64,000 nucleotides of DNA from Wenjunlia vitaminophila DSM 41686 (GTDB taxonomy: Bacteria; Actinomycetota; Actinomycetes; Streptomycetales; Streptomycetaceae). Positions 28,973 to 41,125 of the stretch are shown here, in pieces. How positions within the stretch are numbered: position 1 is the first letter of the stretch; each line of letters opens with the position of its first letter. The notes beneath the pieces were generated by a model. It worked only from the letters and a program-made list of their open reading frames with translations, ran no database searches and was not told the DNA's origin. A program made the translations under genes and the position numbers. The stretch is from positions 116,721 to 180,720 of the forward strand of contig NZ_KB904735.1 of assembly GCF_000380165.1 (NCBI RefSeq), given 5' to 3'.

Positions 28973-29270
28973 GCCGTGGCCTCTTTCGTGAGTCTGCCGA
29001 TGGGACGGCGACGGCCCTGTTCCGAGTGGTCGGACGGCGGAGCGGTCCTGCGCCGCACCCGGCCGTCCGCCGGCGTCGCCGGGCGACCGCTTCGCGGCGT
29101 TCGTCCTGCTTGCCGTGCCCCCACCACAGTAGTCCTGGCGCGCCGCGCCCCCGCACCCGCCCCCGCCGGTCAACGGCGGCGGGGCCCGGCGTCCGACCAG
29201 GCGGACGACGGGCCCCGCGACCCGGCGATGCACGCGCCGGGCGGACCGGACGGCGTGCGTCCGGCTCAGC

Positions 29271-30296
29271 TCACAGCACGCACTCCGCCTCCACGTAGCG
29301 GGCCGGCGGCACCGTCTTCAGGTGTTCCACCGCCTCGGCCAGCGGCACCAGGGTGATGTCCGTGCCGCGCAGCGTCGTCATCATGCCGAACGCGCCGTCG
29401 TGCACCGCCTCCACCGCGTGCCAGCCGAACCGGGTGGCCAGCACCCGGTCGTAGGCGGTGGGGGTGCCACCCCGCTGCACGTGGCCGAGGATGACCGGCC
29501 GGGCCTCCTTGCCCAGGCGCTGCTCCAGTTCCACGGCGAGCTGGCGGGCGACCCCGGCGAACCGCTCGTGCCCGTAGACGTCCTTGCCGCCCTCGTCGAA
29601 CTCCATCGTCCCCGGTCGCGGCTTGGCCCCCTCGGCGACCACCACGATGGCGAACCGCTTGCCCGCGGCGAACCGCTTGCCGACCAGTTCGGCCAGCTCG
29701 GTGACGTCGAAGGGCCGCTCGGGCACCACGATGGCGTGCGCACCGGCCGCCATGCCGGAGTGGAGGGCGATCCAGCCGGTGTGCCGCCCCATGACCTCGA
29801 CGATCAGTACCCGTTGGTGGGACTCCGCCGTGGTCTTGAGCCGGTCCAGCGCCTCCGTGGCGACGCCGACGGCCGTGTCGAAGCCGAAGGTCACATCGGT
29901 GGCGGAGATGTCGTTGTCGATGGTCTTGGGAACACCGACGATCGGCAGTCCGGCGTCGGAGAGCATCCGGGCGGCCTTGAGGGTGCCCTCGCCACCGATC
30001 GGGATGACCGCGTCAAGGCCCAGGTCGGCGAGGTGCTGCCGGGCGCGCTGCACCCCGTCCCGCAGGTGCGCGGGCTGTACCCGGGACGAGCCGAGGATGG
30101 TGCCGCCACGGGCCAGGATGCCCGACACCGCGTCCAGGTCGAGCTCCCGGTAGTCGCACTCCAGCAGGCCCTTCCAGCCGTCCCGGAACCCGATGACCTC
30201 GTCGCCGTGGTCGACCACACCACGGTGCACCACGGACCGGATCACCGCGTTCAGGCCCGGGCAGTCGCCACCACTGGTCAACACTCCGATACGCAT
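29271..30296 (-). CDS. pfkA: 6-phosphofructokinase
   Basis: MRIGVLTSGGDCPGLNAVIR, GGEGT, PKTIDND, MGRHTG blocks. Confidence 0.9.
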   Translation of the reverse strand: MRIGVLTSGGDCPGLNAVIRSVVHRGVVDHGDEVIGFRDGWKGLLECDYRELDLDAVSGILARGGTILGSSRVQPAHLRDGVQRARQHLADLGLDAVIPIGGEGTLKAARMLSDAGLPIVGVPKTIDNDISATDVTFGFDTAVGVATEALDRLKTTAESHQRVLIVEVMGRHTGWIALHSGMAAGAHAIVVPERPFDVTELAELVGKRFAAGKRFAIVVVAEGAKPRPGTMEFDEGGKDVYGHERFAGVARQLAVELEQRLGKEARPVILGHVQRGGTPTAYDRVLATRFGWHAVEAVHDGAFGMMTTLRGTDITLVPLAEAVEHLKTVPPARYVEAECVL

Positions 30297-30664
30297 ATCT
30301 TCCAACTACTCCTGAACTCAACCGGTGCGCGGCCGGACGCCATCGTCCGGTGGGGCTTGGGCACGTGGTGCAACGGGGCCCGGTGGGGCGCTGGGCACGG
30401 GACGGCGGCCGTGACCCGAGCGGCCCGCGGGCCGCTGCCCGCGGGGCTCGTGACCGGTGGGTCCGTGGCCGCGGGGCTGGCGCCCCGGCCGAGGTTCGGG
30501 GCCGGGACCCAGGGCTGGTTCCTCGGGCCGGCCGCATCGGGTCCGTGCGAGCCGTGGGCACCGGGGTGCCGGAGCCCGGGCGTCCTCCTTGACGACACAC
30601 CCGGGATAACCCTACAAGAGCACAGGGGCGGTGATGGGCGCTCGGACGAGGGCGGTCCGCCCCG

Positions 30665-31393
30665 TCAGGCCGGCCGCTCCGCCGCGGCGATCCGCTCGGC
30701 GCGCAGGGCCTCGTACCAGGTCTCCTCCACCGGCGGCAGGGCGTTCACGTCCAGCGCCAGCTTGATCAGGAGATCGGCGATCGCCGGGTTCCTGGCCATC
30801 ACCGGGCCGTGCATGTAGGTGCCGAACACCGTTTCGTTGTAGGCGCCCTCGGTGCCGTCGCCGGTGCCGTTGCCCTTGCCGATCCGCACCCGGGCGAACG
30901 GCTTGGCGCTCGGGCCGATCCGGGTGACGCCCTGGTGGTTCTCGAACCCGGTCAGCTCGGGGAGCCCCAGCCGCGGGTCGATGTCGGCCAGCACGTCACC
31001 GACGCACCGCTCCCCGGTGCCCCGCTCGCTGACCACGTCGAGGAGGCCGAGGCCAGGCTCCCGCCGGCCGAGGTCGTTGACGAACTCGTGCCCGAGGATC
31101 TGGTAGCCCGCGCACACCGAGAAGATGATCGCGCCGTTGCCCGCGGCCCTGGACAGGCCCCCGTCGCGGCGCAGCCGCTCCGCTGCGAGCCGCTGTGGCC
31201 GGTCCTCGCCACCGCCCACCAGGTAGATGTCCCCCGAGGTGGGGATCTGCTGGTCCGAGCGGACGTCGACGCGTGCCACGTTCAGGCCCCGCTGGCGGGC
31301 GCGGCGCTCCACCACCAGGACGTTCCCCTGGTCGCCGTAGGTGGACAGCAGGTCCGGGTAGACCCACACCAGGCGCAGGACGGACTCGCTCAC
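30665..31393 (-). CDS. gatD: lipid II isoglutaminyl synthase glutaminase subunit (CobQ-type glutamine amidotransferase)
   Basis: LRLVWVYPDLLSTYGDQGN start, catalytic Cys in SVCAGYQILG, and His in HQGVTR/MHGP. GTG start at 31393 with a GGGAG SD, 35 nt after the murT stop. Confidence 0.8.
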   Translation of the reverse strand: MSESVLRLVWVYPDLLSTYGDQGNVLVVERRARQRGLNVARVDVRSDQQIPTSGDIYLVGGGEDRPQRLAAERLRRDGGLSRAAGNGAIIFSVCAGYQILGHEFVNDLGRREPGLGLLDVVSERGTGERCVGDVLADIDPRLGLPELTGFENHQGVTRIGPSAKPFARVRIGKGNGTGDGTEGAYNETVFGTYMHGPVMARNPAIADLLIKLALDVNALPPVEETWYEALRAERIAAAERPA

Positions 31394-31428
31394 GGATCTG
31401 CTCACTCCCTGTCGTCGTGTCACCTGAC

Positions 31429-32685
31429 TCAACCGCCGACCTGGCGGCGAAGCTGCTGGAACGCCGTGTAGTTCGCGATGCACTCCATCCGTCCCGGGGG
31501 CGCGAGGCGCACCGCCTCGGAGACGTCCTCGCACACCCGGAAGTCCAGTCCCGCGACGTCGAGGCGCACCGCCAGGTCCAGCTTGCGCTGGCCGATCACG
31601 AAGATCGGGTGCCCGGCCAGCCGTGGGTAGTCCACGTCCCACAGCCAGGAGGTGTCGGTGCCGTCGGCGCCCAGGGCGTTGACCGAGAGGAGCACCGGGG
31701 TCGGGGGCGGATCGATCAGGGAGAACGTCTCCAACCAACCGGCCGGGTTCTTCGCCAGCAGGAGCCGCAGGTCGCGCCCCTGGTAGTTGACCACGTCATA
31801 GCGGCCGGCCACCGCGGCGACCGACTTCATCCGCTCCAACGCCGTCTCGGGGGGCACTCCGAACACCCAGGCCACCGCGGCGGACGTCGCCGCGTTGGCC
31901 TTGTTGGCGCGGCCGGGGAGCTGGAGCGACATCGGCCAGGCGGTGCCGTTCGGGTCCAGGACGTAGTCACCGGACAGGGCCCAGGTCGGCGGGGGCCGGC
32001 GGAAACCGCACTCCGCGCAGAGCCAGTCGTCGCCGGGCCGTTGGAGGACCCCACCGCAGGACGGGCAGGACCAGGCGTCGTCCTTCCAGCTCTGGCCAGC
32101 GGCCACCCAGACCACGTGCGGGCAGGAAGACGCGGCCCAGGCCACCAGCGGGTCGTCGGCGTTGGCCACCACCCAGGCGTCGGTTCCGGACAGGCCCTCG
32201 CGCCAGCGTTCGGCCAGCATCCGGGTCTCCGCGGCCCGGTCCAGTTGGTCCCGGGAGAGGTTGAGCAGCGCGATGGCCTTGGGCCGAACGTCCCGGGCGA
32301 CCGTCGCCAGGTACTTCTCGTCCACCTCGATCACGCCGTACTTCGCCGCGGAACCACCGGCCAGGGCGGAGGTGATCCCGGCCGGCATGTTGGCGCCGAG
32401 GGCGTTGGAGACCACCGGGCCGTGCGCGCGCAGCGCCTCGGCGATCAGCCGGGTGGTGGTCGTCTTGCCGTTGGTCGCGGACACCAGCACCACGTCGAGG
32501 TGGGTCGCCAGCCGGGCCAGCAGGTCGGGGTCCACGCGCAGCGCGACCTTGCCGCCGATCACCGAGCCGCTGCCCCGGCCGGCGGAACGGGACACCGCCG
32601 CCACGACCTTGCCCGCGGTGACCGCGAGCTTGGCACGCGGCGTCAACGGCTCCGAGCTGCCCTGCTGTGGCGAGGCATCCTGCAT
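31429..32685 (-). CDS. murT: Mur-ligase-family lipid II isoglutaminyl synthase
   Basis: Mur ligase P-loop SATNGKTTTT, C4 zinc ribbon CPSCGG...CAECG, C-terminal DUF1727-like region. Start at MQDASPQQ. Confidence 0.85.
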   Translation of the reverse strand: MQDASPQQGSSEPLTPRAKLAVTAGKVVAAVSRSAGRGSGSVIGGKVALRVDPDLLARLATHLDVVLVSATNGKTTTTRLIAEALRAHGPVVSNALGANMPAGITSALAGGSAAKYGVIEVDEKYLATVARDVRPKAIALLNLSRDQLDRAAETRMLAERWREGLSGTDAWVVANADDPLVAWAASSCPHVVWVAAGQSWKDDAWSCPSCGGVLQRPGDDWLCAECGFRRPPPTWALSGDYVLDPNGTAWPMSLQLPGRANKANAATSAAVAWVFGVPPETALERMKSVAAVAGRYDVVNYQGRDLRLLLAKNPAGWLETFSLIDPPPTPVLLSVNALGADGTDTSWLWDVDYPRLAGHPIFVIGQRKLDLAVRLDVAGLDFRVCEDVSEAVRLAPPGRMECIANYTAFQQLRRQVGG

Positions 32686-32878
32686 CGTTGGTGCTCCTCC
32701 TCGAGTCGCGGCCGGGCCGCCGGTCACCTGCCATCCCCCGTGGGCCGTAGCCGGGACGAGCGGCGCAGGCCAACGGTCGCGAGGGAAGCCTACCGACTCC
32801 GGACAGCGGATCAGGACCCGACGGCACCCCCGTGCGGCCACATGCCCAGGTCACGTGGGCCCATCCGGTGCCAGGGCG

Positions 32879-32905
32879 TTGACATCGCTTACTGACCGGT
32901 AAAAG
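32879..32905 (+). promoter_or_regulatory. candidate sigma-70-like promoter (TTGACA, 15 nt spacer, TAAAAG) upstream of the acyl-CoA dehydrogenase gene
   Basis: A perfect TTGACA hexamer is rare in this GC context. The spacer is short, so confidence is low. Confidence 0.25.
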
Positions 32906-32988
32906 ACTTCGGCCACCGCAGGTGACACCGCGGGTCCGGTGCCCGGGTGACCCGCCGGGCACCACCGATCCGCGCACCCGGAGGGAAC

Positions 32989-34212
32989 ATGGGCGATTCC
33001 ACGCTCGAACTCAACGACGACCAGGTCCAGCTCCGCGACTGGGTCCACGGCTTCGCCGCCGACGTGATGCGACCAGCCGCCGCCGAGTGGGACGAGCGCG
33101 AGGAGACGCCCTGGCCGGTGCTGCGCGAGGCAGCCCGGATCGGTCTGTACTCCATGGACTTCTACGCCCAGTGCTACTTCGACCCGACCGGTCTCGGGGT
33201 CCCGGTGGTCATGGAGGAGCTGTTCTGGGGTGACGCCGGGATCGGCCTGTCCGTGGTCGGCACCACCCTGGCCGCGGTGGGCGTGCTGGCCAACGGCACC
33301 GAGGAACAGATAGGGGAGTGGGTGCCGCAGATGTTCGGCACCCCGGACGACATCAAGCTCGCCGCGTTCTGCTCCTCCGAGCCGGACGCCGGGTCCGACG
33401 TCTCGGCGATGCGCACCAGGGCGCGCTACGACGGGGCCACCGACGAGTGGGTGCTCAACGGCACCAAGACCTGGGCCACCAACGGCGGCCTCGCCGACGT
33501 CCACGTGGTGGTCGCCTCGGTCGAACCCGAGCTCGGCGCCCGCGGGCAGGCTTCGTTCGTCGTCCCACCCGGTACCCGGGGACTGTCGCAGGGGCAGAAG
33601 TTCAAGAAGCACGGCATCCGTGCCTCCCACACCGCCGAGGTCGTCCTCGACGACGTCCGGGTGCCCGGGCGCTGCCTGCTCGGCGGGAAGGAGAATCTCG
33701 ACGCGCGGTTGGCCAGGGCCCGCGAGCGTTCCGCCACGGGGGAGCGGAGCCGCAACGCCGCCATGGCGACGTTCGAGGCGTCCCGTCCCGCGGTCGGCGC
33801 CCAGGCCGTCGGGATCGCCCGCGCCGCCTACGAGGTGGCCCTGGACTACGCCAGGACCCGGGTCCAGTTCGGCCGGCCGATCATCGAGAACCAGGGGATC
33901 GCGTTCCAGCTCGCCGACATGCGCACCCGGATCGACGCCGCCAGGCTGCTGGTGTGGCGGGCCTCGTGGATGGCCGTGGCCGGCAAGCCGTTCACCGCGG
34001 CCGAGGGCTCCATGTCCAAGCTGTACGCCGGGGAGACCGCCCGGTGGGTCACCGCGCAGGCCATGCAGATCCTGGGCGGGAACGGCTTCACCCGGGAGTA
34101 CCCCGTGGAGCGGATGCACCGGGACGCCGCCGTCTACACCATCTTCGAGGGCACCAGCGAGATCCAACGGCTGGTGATCGCGCGAGCCCTCTCCGGGATG
34201 CCGATCCGCTGA
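32989..34212 (+). CDS. acyl-CoA dehydrogenase
   Basis: ACAD N-terminal, middle (GSDVSAMRTRA, WVLNGTKTWATNG) and C-terminal (catalytic YTIFEGTSEIQRLVIAR) domains. Confidence 0.85.
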   Translation: MGDSTLELNDDQVQLRDWVHGFAADVMRPAAAEWDEREETPWPVLREAARIGLYSMDFYAQCYFDPTGLGVPVVMEELFWGDAGIGLSVVGTTLAAVGVLANGTEEQIGEWVPQMFGTPDDIKLAAFCSSEPDAGSDVSAMRTRARYDGATDEWVLNGTKTWATNGGLADVHVVVASVEPELGARGQASFVVPPGTRGLSQGQKFKKHGIRASHTAEVVLDDVRVPGRCLLGGKENLDARLARARERSATGERSRNAAMATFEASRPAVGAQAVGIARAAYEVALDYARTRVQFGRPIIENQGIAFQLADMRTRIDAARLLVWRASWMAVAGKPFTAAEGSMSKLYAGETARWVTAQAMQILGGNGFTREYPVERMHRDAAVYTIFEGTSEIQRLVIARALSGMPIR

Positions 34213-34307
34213 CCGGCCCCGCACCCGGCACCCGCACCCGGCACCCGGCCCCGTGCCGGGTCCGTTCGGGGGCGGGACTGGGGCCGGGGCCGGTGGGCGA
34301 CGCGCGC

Positions 34308-36449
<2,142 letters not shown>

Positions 36450-36570
36450 GGGGTCCTCCGGATGCCGTCGCTGATCGGACGATCTCGGTTACCCGTCGAT
36501 CCCCGGGACAAACTCCGCTTCGGCCACCAGGCCCACCCTTTCGACCCACCCGTGCGGCCGGCCCGCGTCG

Positions 36571-37674
36571 CTAGACCGACCTGGCCGGCCAGTCCAGCAG
36601 CCGCGCGCCGATCACCGCCGTCTGCAGGGTGTAGCGGTGCAGTGGATCGGCCGGGTTGGAGCCGGTGAGCCGGTGGATCCTGGCCAGACGGTAGGTCAGC
36701 GCGCGCACGCTCAACGAGAGCCGACGCGCCGCCTCGGCGGAGACACAGCCGGCGCCGAAGTACACGTCCAGGGTCTCCAGTAGGGGCTCGGCCCCGCCCC
36801 GGGCCCCCTGGAGCGGACCGAGCACGGTGCGGACCAGGTCGGCCATCGCCTCCCGGTCCCGGGTGAGCACGGGGAACACCAGCAGCTCCGCGGCGCGCAG
36901 CACCGGCGTCTCCAACAGCATCCGGTCGCCGAGCTCGAGGGCGCTCAGCGCCTCCTCGTACGACTGCACCACCCCTCCCGGGCCGGTGTGTGGCCGCCCC
37001 ACCGCCACCCGGTTGGCGCTGCCCCCGCCGAGCGCGGCCCTGGCCTGGGCGGCGAAGTACTCGACCACCTCGTCGTGGGTGCCGGGCGCGATGCACACCA
37101 GGAGACCGTCCTTGGTGGTCAGCAGCACCCGCCGTTCCCCGAACCGGCTGTTCACCGCGTCCTCGACGCTCCGGGTCACCGGATGGGTGTCGTCGAAGAC
37201 CTCGGCGCCGCGAGCCACCACGACGACGTGGGAGTGCGCCAGGCGCAGACCGAAGCGCTCGGCGCGGGCGGAGAGCCGGCCCAGGTCGCTGCGGCCGTAC
37301 AGCAGGTCGTCGACGAACTCCCGGCGCGCGGCCTCCTCCTGGCGCACCGCGAGGAGCTGGGCCCGCTCGTAGCCCTCGGCCATCGCGTCGATGGCCTGCT
37401 CCGCCGCCGCCAACACGCTCTGCGCCACCTGGCGCAGTTCCCGGGACCCGGACGCGCCGACCGCTCCGGGGAGCTCGGGCCACACCGCGCGGGTCCTGGC
37501 CAGGTGCCGGCCGACGAGCTGACGCAGTCCGTAGCCCTCCCCGGCCGCCCGCTCCCCGAAGGCGCGTCGGGCCTGGAGCTCGTCCCGGGTCAGTCGACGA
37601 CCGGTGATCGACACCTGGGCCAGGATGTCGGCGTAGTCGTCGAAGAGGTGTTCCGGTATCGACCGCTGTACCAC
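36571..37674 (-). CDS. PucR/CdaR-family transcriptional regulator
   Basis: C-terminal PucR-type HTH (AEAARRLSLSVRALTYRLARIHRLTGSNPADP). The N-terminal domain is of unclear ligand type. Confidence 0.7.
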   Translation of the reverse strand: MVQRSIPEHLFDDYADILAQVSITGRRLTRDELQARRAFGERAAGEGYGLRQLVGRHLARTRAVWPELPGAVGASGSRELRQVAQSVLAAAEQAIDAMAEGYERAQLLAVRQEEAARREFVDDLLYGRSDLGRLSARAERFGLRLAHSHVVVVARGAEVFDDTHPVTRSVEDAVNSRFGERRVLLTTKDGLLVCIAPGTHDEVVEYFAAQARAALGGGSANRVAVGRPHTGPGGVVQSYEEALSALELGDRMLLETPVLRAAELLVFPVLTRDREAMADLVRTVLGPLQGARGGAEPLLETLDVYFGAGCVSAEAARRLSLSVRALTYRLARIHRLTGSNPADPLHRYTLQTAVIGARLLDWPARSV

Positions 37675-37897
37675 TGCTCCCCCATGTGTGTGCTCGAGTG
37701 CCCGATGAGCGGATCAAGAGTGGCACACCAGCGGGACGCCCCGGCGGGGTGCACACGTGGCACCCCTGGGCCGGCACGACCGGTTAGGGCCGCCCCGCCC
37801 GGGCCTGCCGGGCGGGCGGAGGGGGGCGGGGCGTACCGGACGGTGGGCTTCCGCCGGCCGGGGCGACGCGTGCGGGCCACCGGTGTGGCGGACGCGA

Positions 37898-39127
37898 TCA
37901 GTCCCTGGCGGGCAACACCCGGCCGGTGACCTCGCCGAATCCGATCCTGCTCGAGCCGGGTCCCGGGGCCCAGGCGGTGACCGTCAGCTCGTCACCGTCC
38001 TCGAGGAAGGCCCGTTCCGTCCCGTCCGGCAGGACCAGCGGCTCCCGCCCCGACCAGGACAGCTCCAGCATGGAGCCGCGCTGCTCCCGATCGGGGCCGC
38101 TGACCGTCCCGGAGGCGAACAGGTCCCCGGTGCGCAGCCGGGCGCCGTTGACCGTCATGTGGGTGAGCTGCTGCGCCGGGGTGTAGTACATGTCGGCGAA
38201 CCTGGGACGGGAGATCGGGTGGCCGTTGAGGCTGACGGTGAGCCGCAGGTCGAGGCCCCACGGCTGTTCCCCGGAGTCGTCCAGGTAGGGCAGCAGCTCC
38301 ACGTCCCGCGCCGGGGGAGCGGTGCGGGCGGCCTGGAGCGCGTCCAGCGGCACGATCCACGGGGAGACGGAGGTGGCGAAGGACTTGCCCAGGAACGGGC
38401 CCAGGGGGACGTACTCCCACGACTGGATGTCCCGCGCCGACCAGTCGTTGACCAGGCACACCCCGAAGACGTGCTCGGCGAGGGCGGACAGCGGCACCCG
38501 CTCGCCCAGCGCGGTGGGAGTTCCCACCACGAAACCCACCTCCGCCTCGAAGTCCAGGCGCAGGCAGGCGCCGTAGGACGGCCCCGCGCTGCCCGGCGCC
38601 CGTCGCTGTCCCATCGGGCGGACCACCGGCGTGCCGGAGACCACCACGGTCCCGGCCCGGCCGTGGTAGCCGATCGGCAGGTGCTTCCAGTTCGCCGGCA
38701 GCGGGTCGCTGTCCGGACGGAACATCCGGCCCACGTTGGTGGCGTGGTGCTCGCTGGAGTAGAAGTCCACGTAGTCGGCCACCTCGAACGGCAGGTGCAG
38801 GCGTACCCGGTCCAGCGGCACCAGGCAGGGCTGCACCACCGGACGCAGCCCCGGGTCGGTGACCCATGTGGTGACGGCCGCGCGCACCGCCCGCCAGGCC
38901 GCGGGCCCCGCGGCGAGCAGCGGGTTCAGGGTGGGGTGGTCCAGCAGCTCGACGTGGGGGTCGCCCACCGCACGGGCGCACGCCGCGGCGTCCAGCACCC
39001 GGTCCCCGATCCGGATGCCGACGCGCGGGCTCGTCGGTGCGTCGTCGGTGGTGAAGCAGCCGTACGGCAGGTTGTCCGGGCCGAACGGGGAGTCCTCGGG
39101 GAGGTCTTCTAGCCAGGTCGCGGGCAT
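37898..39127 (-). CDS. fahA: fumarylacetoacetase
   Basis: N-terminus FGPDNLPYGCF and a C-terminal FAH fold (GDLFASGTVSG). Confidence 0.85.
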   Translation of the reverse strand: MPATWLEDLPEDSPFGPDNLPYGCFTTDDAPTSPRVGIRIGDRVLDAAACARAVGDPHVELLDHPTLNPLLAAGPAAWRAVRAAVTTWVTDPGLRPVVQPCLVPLDRVRLHLPFEVADYVDFYSSEHHATNVGRMFRPDSDPLPANWKHLPIGYHGRAGTVVVSGTPVVRPMGQRRAPGSAGPSYGACLRLDFEAEVGFVVGTPTALGERVPLSALAEHVFGVCLVNDWSARDIQSWEYVPLGPFLGKSFATSVSPWIVPLDALQAARTAPPARDVELLPYLDDSGEQPWGLDLRLTVSLNGHPISRPRFADMYYTPAQQLTHMTVNGARLRTGDLFASGTVSGPDREQRGSMLELSWSGREPLVLPDGTERAFLEDGDELTVTAWAPGPGSSRIGFGEVTGRVLPARD

Positions 39128-39370
39128 GGGTGTCGGGTCTCCAGTCAGTGCGGTAGGCCGGGGCCCGGGGTTGCCGGGCGGCTCCGGGACGGGTTGGCCT
39201 CACCGGCTGGTGCGGTTGCCAGGCCGGCGGACGGTGACGATACCCGCCGGGCCCCGACGGCGCCGTAGTGCCTGGCCACACCGGTGGCTAGGCTGATCGC
39301 TGAGCTGGGGCGACCACCGCCAGCAGGGCCGCCCGCCGACAACGGGCGGGGCAGAGTCGAAGGGGCCAAC

Positions 39371-40456
39371 ATGCCGCACGAGGTCAGGGGCGTCGTCGCC
39401 CGCGCGAAGGGGGAGCCGGTACGGCTCGAGACGATCCTGGTCCCGGACCCGGGGCCGGGCGAGGCCGTGGTCAGCGTCGCCGCGTGCGGGGTGTGCCACA
39501 CCGACCTGCACTACCGCGAGGGCGGCATCAACGACGACTTCCCGTTCCTGCTCGGCCACGAGGCGGCGGGCACGGTGGAGCAGGTCGGGGAGGGTGTGAC
39601 CGACCTCGTGCCCGGGGACTACGTGATCCTGAACTGGCGGGCCGTGTGCGGCCAGTGCCGGGCCTGCCGCCGGGGTCGACCCTGGTACTGCTTCGCCACG
39701 CACAACGCCACCCAGAAGATGACCCTGGCTGACGGCACCGAGCTCTCGCCGGCCCTGGGGATCGGCGCGTTCGCGGACAAGACGCTGGTGGCGGCGGGGC
39801 AGTGCACCAAGGTGGACCCCGCGGCGGCGCCCGCGGCGGCCGGGCTGCTCGGCTGCGGGGTGATGGCGGGCCTCGGCGCCGCCATCAACACCGGCGCGGT
39901 GGGCCGGGGTGACACGGTCGCGGTGATCGGCTGCGGTGGCGTGGGCGCCGCCGCCGTGGCGGGGGCCCGGCTCGCGGGTGCCGCCCGGATCATCGCCGTG
40001 GACATCGACGACCGCAAGCTCACCTCGGCGGAGAAGCTCGGCGCCACGCACACGGTCAACTCCCGCACCGCGGACGCCGTCGAGGCGATCCGCGACCTGA
40101 CCGGGGGCTTCGGGGCGGACGTGGTGATCGACGCGGTGGGCCGGCCGGAGACCTACCGCCAGGCGTTCTACGCGCGCGACCTGGCCGGCACCGTGGTGCT
40201 CGTCGGTGTGCCCACCCCGGAGATGACGCTGGAGCTGCCGCTGATCGACGTGTTCGGCCGCGGTGGTGCGCTGAAGTCGTCGTGGTACGGCGACTGCCTT
40301 CCGTCCCGGGACTTCCCCATGCTCATCGACCTGTACCTGCAGGGCCGGCTCGACCTCGACGCCTTCGTCAGCGAGACCATCGCCCTGGACGGCGTCGAGG
40401 ACGCGTTCGCCCGGATGCACCGGGGCGACGTGCTGCGCTCGGTGGTGGTGCTGTGA
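39371..40456 (+). CDS. class-III zinc alcohol dehydrogenase, probable mycothiol-dependent formaldehyde dehydrogenase
   Basis: [14 protein letters not shown], the structural-zinc Cys cluster [10 protein letters not shown], and GCGGVG Rossmann. Start at MPHEVRGVV. Confidence 0.8.
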   Translation: MPHEVRGVVARAKGEPVRLETILVPDPGPGEAVVSVAACGVCHTDLHYREGGINDDFPFLLGHEAAGTVEQVGEGVTDLVPGDYVILNWRAVCGQCRACRRGRPWYCFATHNATQKMTLADGTELSPALGIGAFADKTLVAAGQCTKVDPAAAPAAAGLLGCGVMAGLGAAINTGAVGRGDTVAVIGCGGVGAAAVAGARLAGAARIIAVDIDDRKLTSAEKLGATHTVNSRTADAVEAIRDLTGGFGADVVIDAVGRPETYRQAFYARDLAGTVVLVGVPTPEMTLELPLIDVFGRGGALKSSWYGDCLPSRDFPMLIDLYLQGRLDLDAFVSETIALDGVEDAFARMHRGDVLRSVVVL

Positions 40457-41082
40457 CCGCCCGCGTCGAGCACCTGGTCACCTCCGGCACGTTCGCCCTG
40501 GACGGCGGGGTGTGGGAGGTGGACAACAACGTCTGGCTGCTCGGCGACGACGCGGAGGTGCTGGTCGTGGACGCCGCCCACGACGCCGACGCCATCGCCG
40601 CCGCGGTCGGCGGCCGACGGGTGACCGCGATCGTGTGCACCCACGCCCACAACGACCACGTCGACGCCGCTCCCGCGCTGGCCCGGCTGACCGGGGCGCC
40701 GGTCCTGTTGCACGCCGAGGACCTGCCGCTGTGGCGCATGGCGCACCCGGACGTCGAGCCGGACGGCACCCTGACCGACGGGCAGCGCCTCACCGTCGCC
40801 GGGACCGAGCTGAGCGTGATCCACACGCCCGGCCACACCCCCGGCGGGATCTGCCTGTACGCGCCGTCGCTGGGGACGGTCCTCACCGGTGACACGCTCT
40901 TCCAGGGCGGCCCCGGGGCCACCGGCCGTTCGTTCTCGGACTTCCCGACCATCATCGACTCGATCCGGGAAAGGCTGCTGACCCTGCCCGCGTCCACCGT
41001 GGTGCGCACCGGGCACGGGGACAGCACCACCGTCGGAGCCGAGGCGCCCCATCTGGAGGAGTGGATCGACCGGGGTCACTGA
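40453..41082 (+). CDS. MBL-fold metallo-hydrolase (S-formylmycothiol hydrolase-like)
   Basis: THAHNDH motif, HTPGHTPGG, and a C-terminal His. GTG start overlapping the ADH stop (GTGA). Confidence 0.75.
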   Translation: MTARVEHLVTSGTFALDGGVWEVDNNVWLLGDDAEVLVVDAAHDADAIAAAVGGRRVTAIVCTHAHNDHVDAAPALARLTGAPVLLHAEDLPLWRMAHPDVEPDGTLTDGQRLTVAGTELSVIHTPGHTPGGICLYAPSLGTVLTGDTLFQGGPGATGRSFSDFPTIIDSIRERLLTLPASTVVRTGHGDSTTVGAEAPHLEEWIDRGH

Positions 41083-41125
41083 TCGGGCGTGCTCGTGCAC
41101 CCCTGGCCGCCGCTCCGCGCGTCTT